A stretch of DNA of 64,000 bases, from NCBI RefSeq assembly GCF_018350175.1, contig NC_058374.1, positions 138,384,001 to 138,448,000 on the forward strand, written 5' to 3'. The translations under genes and the position numbers were made by a program. Numbering within the stretch: position 1 is the stretch's first letter; each line of letters starts with the position of its first letter. A model generated the notes under the pieces. The model did no database searches and had not been told where the DNA came from. It saw only the letters and a list, made by a program, of their open reading frames with translations. Source of the DNA: Felis catus. Taxonomy: Eukaryota. Shown one piece after another: positions 37,832 through 48,803 of this stretch.

Positions 37832-39620
37832 TAGATCTATTGGATTCCTAATGTCTGCTGGTTCCACGGGGGTTATCGGGGATGTCCGAGGCAGAGGCAG
37901 TGATGTGCATATATCCCTGTATTTGTAACGCGTTTGTGTCCAACATCCCGTGTCTCATGTCTGCACTCCCCCTGACCCTGCCCACCCACGACAGTGTAAT
38001 TCCCTACCGGACTCAGGTGATGGCGAACCCCGTATCCGGCAGAGTGGAATATCCTCCATCAAGGAAATTCACCTATCCATCATGCTTTATGGCGAGGCTC
38101 CGACCTACTGGGTCACACGGGTCCCGAAGCTCCAAGCCCACTGCTCTAAACTGGACAAAAGACATCAGCGACCCGGCCCCCATCCTAAGGAGCTGAAGCC
38201 ATCCGGGGAAGGCCTAGCGAGTGCTGCTGGGGAGGGAGGGGGGCGGGCAGCATCGCTGCCTCGGGCTTCTCAAGAACGACAGAGACAGATTGATCGGAGA
38301 CAGAGACCCACGTTGAGGCGGAGCCTCTAGCAAAGCCAGCCCGTAAACGGCAGCCGGGGCCGGTTCAGTAACAGCAATCGGTTAGCACGTATCATTTATT
38401 ATTTTTACAAATCTGACGGAATCGAGCCGAACTCCCCTCCGGGCCACGTCTGCGGGTCTTGGGCCATTTCCAGTCTCTCCCCTTGAACACGGCCCCTCTC
38501 TCCTGCCACGGGCTTCCGCACATGCTCTGCCACCCCACGGTGCTGGGGCCGAGACCGATCCCTAATACCGTGGTCCTGCGCCTGCCAGAGACAGCTGGGG
38601 TATCGGGCCAGGGGAGCGCTGGCTTCTGGACCAGACAGCCCACCTCCGGGGGTACCCTGGGGCTGGTGCAGATGGCAGAACGGATGTGGACTCTGACGGC
38701 CCGGTTCTTGCCCCCTCCTGGAGATCTCAGCCACACGATATCATCTCCGGCCCTTGGCTCCTTCATCTGCAAGATGGGGAGGAACCTAGCTGCCTCGTGG
38801 GACTGCTGTGAGTTCCATGCCTTAACGTGACAAGACTTCTTTCTCTGGACCCGTGAGGCTTTGCTGTCATTACTAGGACGGCAGCCACGTACGTGCCCTC
38901 GGTCGGCCTCCCACCGAGGCCCAGCCGCGGGCCACGGGGCAGCTCTGTCCCGGCCAGCAGTGAACTCTCCCTTTCTCTGTCTGTGTTCCCTGCCCCCATC
39001 GATTTCCACCATCTGACCTGAGGGCAGGTTTCCAGGAGATCAGGGGCCACTGCCCTGGCTGATGACACTCCCAAGCACAAAGTCCGTCTCATCAGAGGCT
39101 TTGCAGATCAACAAAGGGCAAACAGGTGACCTGTAGAGGCCTCGGTTCCTGGAAAAGGGCTTACCTAAGCTGTAGGGCAAACAGACAGACCCTGGCCTGC
39201 ACCCCAGCCCCACTGGGGGTGCTCTCCCCCACAGGGCTTGGGGCCAGCAGTCAGGTCTCACATTCTCTCCAAACACAGGTGGCTGATGGCACCTTCTTAC
39301 AAGTTCAGGGTCTGCATCAAGTGGCAGGAGCCTCGTCCAGCTCCCTCCCCCCCCCATGCCCCAACACCCTGATTGTCCCCCCAGAAGCCAAGGGGAGAGC
39401 CTCGACATCTCTGGTGAGATCAGGCAAGTTGGTTCATCCAGGAGCGGCTCACCAGGTGTGGGTTCCACAGACCCACCTCCTAACCTGGGCTCTGCAACTG
39501 GCCTATGTGACAAGGGACCTCTCTTGTGCCTTGGCCTCCCGGTTGTAATGTGGGCACAATAATAAGTTCTGTCTCTGAACATCTTTAAGATTAGAAACTG
39601 TGAGTAGAAATGCTAAAACA

Positions 39621-39844
39621 GGGGCACCTGGGTGGCTCAGTGGTTAAGCGTCCGACTTCGGCTCAGGTCGTGATCTCACGGTCCGTGGGTTCGAGCCCCG
39701 CATCGGGCTCTGGGCTGACGGCTCGGAGCCCGGAGCCTGCTTCCGATGCTGTGTCTCCCTCTCTCTCTGCCCCTTCCCCACTCACGCTCTGTCTCTGTCC
39801 CTCAAAAATAAATCAACATTAAAAACATTAAAAAAAAAAAAGCA
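39621..39844 (+). mobile_element. Can-SINE
   Basis: Perfect TSD AGAAATGCTAAAACA at 39606-39620 and 39845-39859. Confidence 0.96.
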
Positions 39845-40705
39845 AGAAATGCTAAAACAGCATCAGCACCAAAGAGAAGCTGTGTACCCCCAACACTCCT
39901 AGTATTTAGTGAGGCCCCAGAGGGACTCAGGTGGGGCTCAGACACATTGGCAAGGGCATTAATGTGTCTCTGAAGATACAGATTTCTCCTCAGTCCTGCA
40001 AAGGAAGCCGTCTCTGTTCTGTTGCGTGGCTCACATTCTGCGACACTGGTGGTAAGGAGAGAGGGAGGGAGAGACTTCCAAGAGCTGGGAGCCGTATCCT
40101 TTGTGACAGTTTCTCCTATGGGGGATGTGTGTGACGGGTTCTTCATGGCAAACAGGAACCCACACCCCTGCCCCCATGCTTGGAGCTGTTTCATGGAGCT
40201 GTTTGTACCTGGGGGGAGGGAGGGAAGGGGAAGCTGTTGTTCAGAAGTGACAACTCGGCTCAAAAGTGACAACTTCGAACACAGGCATGAAAAACAGGTT
40301 TTGTCTCCCTAAAACCTTGGGAGCCCCAAAATATAATTTCTCCAGTCTGCCAGGTGTAAACGCTACTCTGTTGAGCCCGGCTTCCTTTGTCCTCACCGGA
40401 AACGATTTTTTCACCAGATCTTTCCAGCTGCCTGGTTGAACGGGACTTGTGGCCGACCATCACAGCGGATCTGGGAAGAGAAGCCAACACCCCTGCATTT
40501 GGATCCTCGGTCTTTCACAGCCTGGGATCTGGAGCGTGTCAGGTGACGTCTTTGAACTTGGCTGTCCTCGTGAGGACATGAGCTCTGTACTTCCCTCACC
40601 GCTATATCCATGACACCCAGCGCTGTGTGGCTCCTAGCTGCGTTAGTAATAAAAGTTGGGCTTGTCGCTCTCAGAGCGGGAAGGTTATGTGGGTGTCTGC
40701 AGGGC

Positions 40706-40718
40706 GGGGCAAAGTTCA
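40706..40718 (+). promoter_or_regulatory. DR1 element (HNF4A/PPARa-RXR/COUP-TF response element of the PPARA promoter)
   Basis: GGGGCA-A-AGTTCA about 1.3 kb upstream of exon 1; same sequence and similar position as the HNF4-RE I recall in the human PPARA promoter. Confidence 0.8.
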
Positions 40719-40949
40719 CCACACCTAGGGGCCCATCAACACGGGTGAGTTGAAGAGACGTCTGTGAAAGGGCCAGGTACGGCCTGGGCTCCAGAGTCTC
40801 TGCGTAATGCGGGGATTTGTTGGGAGCTGGGTATCCTGCCCTGCGCAGGTCCTCCTGGGCGCTCGCCGCTACAAATAGAACAGTGGCAGGAGCAGCGGGA
40901 GGGCAGGGAGGGAAGCTGGCATAGCACACATTTCGTTCCCAAGGGAGGG

Positions 40950-43030
40950 GTGTCCTGATGCGCTGGCACCGGGGGCTTTGTGCATTCCGTGCATCGCCGC
41001 GCAAACAGAGCAGCTTTGCAGCTCTCTCCCCTGCTCCTCGTCATTGGCTGCCGGGCCGCGACCTCCCCCTGCGCTGGCAGAGGCCCAGCGCCTTGGCTGG
41101 GCACAAAGTCAGCCCCTCACCCCCGACGCACGGCGGGAGGGGGCACGGCTCTCCCTCAGTCCGGGTGCGGGTGTGGGTGCGGGGCGGGTGGTCGGGGTTG
41201 ACAGCGCTTCTTCACGCTGTCCCCGCTGCCCTTCACCCTTCTCTGTCCCCCGCCCGCCGGGGCACCTCCGCCACCTGTTGACGCGTCCTCCCAGCTCGTG
41301 TTCTCTTTCTCCTTCTGTTGAATCCTGGGGTCCTCGGGACCGGTCCTTCCCCCCCCCCCGCCCCCCTCCCACCCCGGGCACCCCGAGACTCCAGGGCGCT
41401 CGCGCCTCGGCCCGGGCCTAGACCGGCTCGGCGGAGGCCAGGGCTCCCGAGGGAGGAGGAGGGGCCTCGCCAGCGTGGCCCGGGCGCCGGGCGGGAACCT
41501 CCAGGGTCCCGCGGTCTCGCGCCGGCCCCCGCCGCGACTGCAGCCCCACCCGGCGCGCGGGCCCGGACGCGCGCCTACCCCCAGGCGCACGCGCTGTCCC
41601 CCCCCCCCCCCCCGTGGCGCGGCACCCGCCCGCCCGGTGACCCCGGCCTCGGTTTCCCCACCGGTGCGGCCGCCGCCGGGCACGAGGTGGGAGTCTCCGG
41701 GGCCGCGGCCCCGCCTCCGACCCGGCGGGCAGCCAATCGGGCGCCGCCGCCAGGGGGGTGTGTCCCGCCCGGGGCAAGGCCGGGGGCCCGGGGCGGGGCG
41801 GGGCTTCCGGGGGCCACCCGCGCGAGCCGCCCGCGCAGCCGGGCCGGGGCGGGGGGCCGAGGGGCGGCGCGTGCCGCGGGGGGCGCGGCTGGCACGGGCC
41901 CGGGGAGGCGGCGCCGGGCATGGGCAGGGGACGCGGCGGCCCCACGGCGGGGGCAGCGGGCGGCGGGGGCGGAGGCGGCGGCAGCTAGCGCCCTGCCCGG
42001 CGCCGCCTCCCTCGGCGCGCTCGCCCGGCGGGACCCGCAGGCGGCGGACCGGCCCCAGGTGCTCGGGGGCGGGCGGGCACGCGCGCGCGCGCGGGGGGTC
42101 CGCGGACCGGGCCTCCCCTTCTCGGGACCCGGAGCGGCGGCGGCCAGGGGAGGGGCCGGGCCGGGCGGCGCATGCGCGGGACCCGGGGGCGCGGGCCGAG
42201 CGCGCTGGGTCCGCCGCTGGGGATCCCCGGGGCCCGGGGGGGGGGGCCGCCCCCTGCCCGGCCTCGCTCCGAGCGCCCGGGGCCCCGGAGACGCCGTGTC
42301 CACAGGTTGTCCCGCGGGAGGGAAGGCCCCCCGGGCGGGGGCCGCGGGCGCGCCCTTCCCTCGGCGCTGTCGAGCTGGGGCGTCACCGACTGGGGGCGTC
42401 ACCCGAGGCCCCCGGGGTCCCCGGGGCCGGGTAGCCGCAGGCCGGGACACCGGGACCCCCGAGGCGGCGCGCCCGGCGGCTGCGGGCGGACGGGAGAAAC
42501 TCGCCCGCGGAGCGGCTTGGAGTCGCTGCCGCACTTTGCGCCCCGGCGCAGGCGGCGCCCCGGCCGGTCGGGACGAGCCCGGGGCAGCGGCGCCGCGCCA
42601 CGTTTCTCCCGAGCCCGGCCCTGCGGGGCCGGCGCGCCGCTTCCGCGCCCCGGTCTCCCCGCGTCCCGGCCGCGCGGCCCCGGGGGGAGGGGGTGAGGGG
42701 GGTGCGGGCCGGAAGCCGGGCTCTGTCCCCACGCCGACCCGGGACGGCCGACTGCGTGCCCGTGCTTTCCTCGCCTTCTTAAGTTGAAAGGAGGCACGGC
42801 GTGCCCCAATGTCAGTGTCAAACGTCTCTCTAAGAAAAGTCCACGGTGGTGTAACGTCTCGGATTGGGCGGGGCGCCCCGGGCCCTTCGGGGCCGCACGC
42901 CCACCCCAGCCCCGGCTCCCCCCGCTCCCCTCCCCAAACCGGGGAGCCCCCCTCCTCTCCCGGGGCCGCCTGGGAAAGGGCGCGCGGGGCCGGGGGGCAC
43001 AGGGTTTTCCACTGCTGCCCGAGTAGGGTC
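40950..43030 (+). promoter_or_regulatory. PPARA: PPARA CpG-island, TATA-less promoter
   Basis: Extreme GC/CpG density; CCAAT boxes (reverse 41043-41047, forward 41733-41737, reverse 42863-42867); tandem GC boxes 41790-41804; ETS core CTTCCGG 41804-41810; NRF1 palindrome GCGCATGCGC 42168-42177. Confidence 0.88.
41990..42058 (+). other. PPARA: PPARA non-coding first exon (1A-like; start approximate)
   Basis: gcgccgcctccctcggcgcgctcgcccggcgggacccgcaggcggcggaccggccccag|GT closely resembles the 5' end of human PPARA mRNA as recalled; donor GT at 42059. Confidence 0.75.
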
Positions 43031-43123
43031 ACGGTGACTTTCCTCTTCCAAGGTGGTGGAGAGTTGGGGAGAATCCAGAGGACACATCGTCATCATTTCC
43101 TCCTTTACCTTCTTACTGCCGAG

Positions 43124-43202
43124 GCTGCCTTGAAAGGCTCTGCCTCCCTGAAGGAACCGCTCCCGGTGACCCAGGCTCAGCGCTAAGACGCTGTCATCAC
43201 AG
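43124..43202 (+). other. PPARA: PPARA non-coding 5'UTR exon (1B/2-like; acceptor uncertain)
   Basis: Ends ...gacgctgtcatcacag|GTAAAT, matching the recalled human (aagctgtcaccacag) and mouse (gacgttgtcatcacag) PPARA 5'UTR exon end; pyrimidine tract upstream. Confidence 0.75.
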
Positions 43203-44347
43203 GTAAATGGAAGGTTTGATTGGCTCGTGTTTCCAGACCGACATGTTTAAGTGTTTACTTCTGGTGGCCCTACACGCTGGCCATCCGGGGGTTAATTATT
43301 ACTCAGTGGTGCAAAGTTGGGGGTATGTTTTCCGCGCTTTGAAAGTAAGATAAATGTGGGCCGTGCTCAGTTGCCGGTTCTTGGGTTTGTTTCACCGGGA
43401 GTTTCATTCCTTTTAGCAGCTCGGTCCCATGTGATATGAAACCGGACGGTGGAACTGTTAAGAAATGTTATTCCTTGACAGACTGTGCGGTGACAGGTGC
43501 TGACGAGTACCGAACCCCAAGCGTGCTGGCTCCTTGCCGTGTTCAGGCTGCTTTGGATATCAGGCAGGTAGCTTGCTGGGGTGGCGGCTCCGGCCTGGAA
43601 CCGTCATCACGCAGGACAGGCACAGCCGGGAGCAGACACGATTCTTCCCGTGCCGCTCTGAAGCAAAAGCAGGTTCACCCACAGTTGAGAAAATGTCTTT
43701 CTCTTTTCTCAGATCTTAGACATATACTAAGAGATGTCCCATAATCGTGAAATAGTTTCTACCGGCTCATGTCTGTCAGGCTCGTAAGCAGATTTTTAAA
43801 GGTTGTGCGTGAGCGAGGTGGACTGAGAGGAGAGGAAAGGCGTGTTTCTTCGATAGAAACCATTTTGTCATCGGCTTCCGTTTCATTGACGATTGGGCAA
43901 GGAGAGATCTTGCCGTGTGAAATAAATGTTTCTGCTTCATCATTTTGAATGTCCGTATACTATTCCATTGTGCTTAGGTACAGCCACTGTTTAGCCAGTC
44001 CCTTAATGTGTGTGTGTCTATATATTATGGTGTGTAATATGTATATATTATTCATTCCACAGATATGAGTAGCTGCTATGGGCTAATGCGTTCAGTATTG
44101 AGCAAAACAACCATAGATCTGCTCGTGAAGCTGACTTTTATGCCAGAATACAAAAAAGAAAGTTGGAGATTGTCCTCCTCATCCTAAAAGATGATTCTGG
44201 GGAGTCTGGAGAGAGAAACCATTTTTGCCAAAACATCTTACTGTTTGGTTGCTGGTCAACCGGTGATCTCTTTCCTGCATGCAGTGAGCAAATGTGTACC
44301 TATGACAAATATTCTTTCAGTAGTCCTTAAAAATAAAAAAAAATGTT

Positions 44348-44545
44348 GGGGTGCCTGCGTGGCTCGGTCGGCTAAAGGTCTGACTCCTGATTTCGGCTCA
44401 GGTCATGATCTCACGGTTCATGGGATCAAGCCCCTCATGGGGCTCTGTGCTGACAGCACAAAGCCTGCTTGGAATTCTCTCCTCTTCTCCCCTGTTCATG
44501 CACACGCTCTCTCTCAAAATAAATAAATAAGCATTGTAAAAAATT
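44348..44545 (+). mobile_element. Older Can-SINE
   Basis: ggggtgcctgcgtggctcggtcggctaaag...aaataaataaataa. Confidence 0.9.
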
Positions 44546-44554
44546 AATTAACTA

Positions 44555-44753
44555 GGGGCGCCTGGGTGGCGCAGTCGGTTAAGCGTCCGACTTCAGCCAG
44601 GTCACGATCTCGCGGTCCGGGAGTTCAAGCCCCGCGTCGGGCTCTGGGCTGATGGCTCAGAGCCTGGAGCCTGTTTCCGATTCTGTGTCTCCCTCTCTCT
44701 CTGCCCCTCCCCCGTTCATGCTCTGTCTCTCTCTGTCCCCCCCAAAAAAAAAA
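44555..44753 (+). mobile_element. Young felid Can-SINE inserted in the tail of the previous SINE
   Basis: Near-consensus SINEC_Fc-type body; perfect TSD aaaaattaattaacta at 44539-44554 and 44754-44769. Confidence 0.96.
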
Positions 44754-45334
44754 AAAAATTAATTAACTAAATGGTTCTTTGCTTAGTGCAAACACATTAT
44801 AAACACACCAAATCCTCTTTCCTCTTTTTCCTCTCCCACAGTCTCTGCGCCGGAATATTCTTAAAGGTGCCTCACCTTCCAAGTGCCTGGTGGTTTTGTT
44901 GAACATTTCAACTAATTTTGCTGCAGTGCAGGGAGAGGGTGTGGCCTGTGTAGTTTCTGCCTTTTCTTTTTTCTAACTTTTTTTAAAAATTTTAAATGAA
45001 AACAATTTTTTCTTTAATTTGAGGACCTCTCAGTTTTATTTCTGTTTTTGGTGGCTTGATACCGAATCCCTCTTTCGAGTGTTCCACAAACATTTCAAAG
45101 AAAGGCATAGTTTCTGTGTGTGGCGTGGACATTTGCTGCGTCTCTTACTTAAACCTGGTTATTGACATGGAACAAGTGAGTTCACCTCCAAGGCCATGTC
45201 ACGTGGCTAGGGAAACCTAGGCGATGAACTTTAATTTCCAACTTGGTATTAACATAGTTTTAAGGTAAGAAACCAAAAAGGATGTCCCAGTGGACCGTGT
45301 TTGAAAGAACCTGTTTCTTTTCCCAAGGATTTCT

Positions 45335-45387
45335 TTTTTATATTATTTATTTATTTGGGTGGGTGGGGGGAGAGGGGCAGAGGGAGG

Positions 45388-45423
<36 letters not shown>

Positions 45424-45533
45424 CTGAAGCAGGCTCCACGCTCAGTGTGGAGCCCCATGCGGGGCTCGATCTCATAACCGTGAGATCGTGACCTGAGCCG
45501 AAATCAAGAGTCGTACGCTCGACCAGGCGCCCC
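45335..45533 (-). mobile_element. Can-SINE
   Basis: (GA)n, gaatctgaagcaggctccacgctcag...ccaggcgcccc; degenerate TSD ccaag(g/c)atttct. Confidence 0.92.
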
Positions 45534-47634
45534 TTCCAAGCATTTCTAACGCTGACATGCCGTGACCTTCTGGAAAAGAGCACGGGCGTGCGAGTTTTCC
45601 AGCTGGTCCTATGGATAATCAGACATGACGTGGTCTGATTGTTGTTGTTACGGGAGGTGTGTTTGTTCTTCGCCTCTGGAGTATTTACTTATGTAACATC
45701 CTGTAGGGGTGATATTGTGACGTCTGGAAGAGCGTATACACTCCGAAAAGTGAAGAATTTACTCCCTACTAGGTCAGCCCCGTCACAATTATTTTTGTGG
45801 TGGAGCGGCGTTTGTTCTGAGCTTGTCGTGTAGTTTCCGAAAAAGTCTTTGAGCATTTTGGTTGGCATCGGGTTGCTGCCGGGCACGGTGGAAATGCCTT
45901 AGCTCATTAATCACGTTAGGTCATCAATTTGGATTCTTGCTCCTCGGCTGCTGCCTGCCAGGCCCGGGGTCTTCGTCCACCTGTCTGGACGGCTCTTGCC
46001 ACATCAGAAAATGGAATTATTTCCCGCTTCACCTGTCGGAAGGGTTGGGACGCTCACAGGTGGTGGCTTACGTGAAGATTCTTTGTAAAGTTTCGACAAG
46101 TGTGCAGAGCCCCGGAGGGGTCTTAGGAGGAATTTCTCAGTAGGTAAACGAGTCCCACATCAGTGAGAACAACTGTCACAAGCAGTTTTGTGCTTTCTCT
46201 GAATGTGGCCGCGCCCTCACGTTTTTGGTGCTGATGCGTTTTGCATTGGCCCTTACTCCGCTGTACGTGGGTCGTGCAAAGGTCTGTTCCTCATCCTTGG
46301 AGGGTGAAATCCTCCCGGACGTGGGCACGACTTCGTTGGGCACCCCCCTCGGTGCTGCAGACAGCAGGCCTGCCTCCTGCCCCCCCCCCGACGTTTTGCA
46401 GCTTCCCCCCCCCCAAACTGGGATGGCCGGACCACCCTCTCTCTCCCGACGAGACGGGTGTCGCCGCACCCGTGCTGGACGGCCACGTGCTGTGTCCTCT
46501 GCATCCCTATTATAAAGTGGTAGTTGCGGTGGAAATGATTCTGCCTGCGCTCATCGCTAGGTCTGGGGTATGTTAGGTATTCGATAGACCTTTTATGAGA
46601 TGGCCCGAGAGTCTAATTAAATAGAATGCGATTTCTTTCTGCAAGGTCATGGATTCAGATGCCAAACAACTGACTTATTAGGCAAGGGGTATGTTTACAC
46701 CCGTGTGGGGTGGGGAGTGCTCATCTCTAAGAGGGCAGGAGTCCCTGCGGGGGGAAGAAAGGCACGGGAGGAATTGGAGAAAACCCTGGCTACATGCCCG
46801 TGTGTTCCGGGACGCTGTACTCACCTGCCTGCTTCTAGTTTGTTCTGTTTTCGGGGATTCGTAAGTAAAGAGGAGGGACAGTTTCGCATCTGATCTGCAT
46901 GCCTCACGCCTTTCGCTTAGAGACCACAAGTCAACCTGTAGGAAAGAATCACTTTGAATCGTCCAAGTTAGGAAAGCAAATGCGGGATGACTCATTGCCT
47001 CAAAGATTACGAAGCCCATGCGAACGATTTGAAACTATAGTACACTTAAGTGAATGGGACACCGTAGTTCCTTTTTTTTTGTTGTTGTTTGTTTTTCATT
47101 TTTACGTGTGGGGGAGGCCCCGCGCTTTCTCGCAGCCACTTGTAACTGAATGAGCCTGTGGTGATGTGATAACCACGCTGAGGTGACAAATTGCCAAGCT
47201 CCAGTAAAACGGACCCAGTCATTTAGAAGCTGACCCGTGGATACGTCCCTGTCTGAGATACTCTAAGCCGTCAGTTGTCGGCCTCAACTGACTGCTTAAA
47301 CACATGCTCCACAATTGAGCAACGCGGCTCGTAAGACACAGGATTGAAGAATCCACATGCCACCAAATCCTGATGATCTGAGAGCAGGGTTTTCTTCTAT
47401 TACCTGTATGTTAAATGGGGTATTTTTTGCCAGGAGAATTTTTAGGAGCATCTCAGGCAGCTTTCATCATTGGACAAGTTGACATCCGTTAGGATACCTC
47501 CACGAGGAGCACGCTCCCCCTGTCTTGGAGGGTGAGGAAATTTGATAAATTCGACGGTCTCCTTTGGCTCATTTTCCAGGACAGCTTGGCACCTGGGTCA
47601 GAGTCCTATTCACTCACTGTCCCCTTACTTTCCA

Positions 47635-47655
47635 TTTTAAGTTTATTTATTTATT

Positions 47656-47714
<59 letters not shown>

Positions 47715-47840
47715 CTCAAGCAGGCTCCACGCTCAGCACCAAGTCTGACGTGGGGTTCGATCCCACGACCCGGGGATCGTGATCTGAGCCGAAATCAAGA
47801 AGAGTCAGGCACTCGGCCGACTGAGCCATCCAGCCGCCCC
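47635..47840 (-). mobile_element. Can-SINE with a long (GA)n microsatellite
   Basis: tttatttatttatttgaga..., (GA)n at about 47664-47711, gactgagccatccagccgcccc. Confidence 0.92.
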
Positions 47841-48508
47841 GGGAAGACATTCTATCCTGTGGTACTTCTGAGACCAGGAAAGTAAACCTAATCCGTTCTC
47901 CTCAGGGAGGAGTCCTGGGAGGGACCGGACGAGCAGCTGAGAAACAGGTTCGGCCGTGGGAGGATGCTGACCGCACGCGCCTCGTGGGGAGCCGTGCCCT
48001 GGGAAGAAGGCTTTGGAAAATAAGAGGTGTGAGGAGAAAGGTATTGAGTGTAGCAGCATCTGAAGGTAGTGTTCCTTGGGCGAAAAGACCAGTGTAAACA
48101 GGGTTAAAAGAACTCGCGTGCCAGGCCACGAGAAAAGGACACGGGCGCAGACGTTGGAGCGCTGCTCCAGCGCCGAGAAAGAAGGTTCTAGATGCGAGAG
48201 GAGGGTCAAGGGAAGGGATAGGGGTCCCGGGAGAGCCGGGAAGCTCACACAGCTGGAGCCGCCGGTAGAAACCACCCCAAAGAGGAAGATCCAACACTGG
48301 CAAGGTCCCCGCCTCGGTGTGTGCGTCCAGGGGGGAGAGGGCATTCAGCAGGATGTCCATACGAGCAGAGGGGAAAAGGTGGTCCTTTGTTTTCACCCCA
48401 GAGCCCGAAAATGATGGGCCTTCTTTTGCTCCGTTCTCTAGCTTAGATGAATCCAGCCAAGTTAGCTTTTCACATCTGGGTCAGGAATCTACATGAAGGT
48501 GAATTTTT

Positions 48509-48603
48509 TTTCAATTTTTTTTTTGAAAAAATTAAAAATTTTTTAAAAATTTTTTGGAAAAAAATTTTTTAAAATTTTTAATTTTTTAATGTTTATTTTT
48601 GAC

Positions 48604-48636
<33 letters not shown>

Positions 48637-48803
48637 ACATGAGCGGGGGAGGGGCAGAGAGAGAGGGAGACATAGAATCCGAAGCAGGCTCCAGGCTCTG
48701 AGCCATCAGCACAGAGCCCGATGTGGTGCTCAAACTCACAGACTGTGAGATCATGACCTGAGCCGAAGTCGGACGCTCAACGACCGAGCCACCCAGGCGC
48801 CCC
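48509..48803 (-). mobile_element. Can-SINE with a palindromic A/T tail
   Basis: TSD acatgaaggtgaattttt on both sides; near-consensus body. Confidence 0.96.

Noticed and set aside
39621-39700. tRNA-like A and B boxes (here and in other SINE heads)
   Set aside because: These are tRNA-derived Can-SINE heads with (CT)n, A tails and TSDs, not tRNA genes.
41156-43032. Long ORFs (489, 485 and 319 aa) over the CpG island
   Set aside because: Arg/Gly/Pro/Ala low-complexity translations in several frames on both strands, caused by stop-codon scarcity in a CpG island. The region is the PPARA promoter and 5'UTR.
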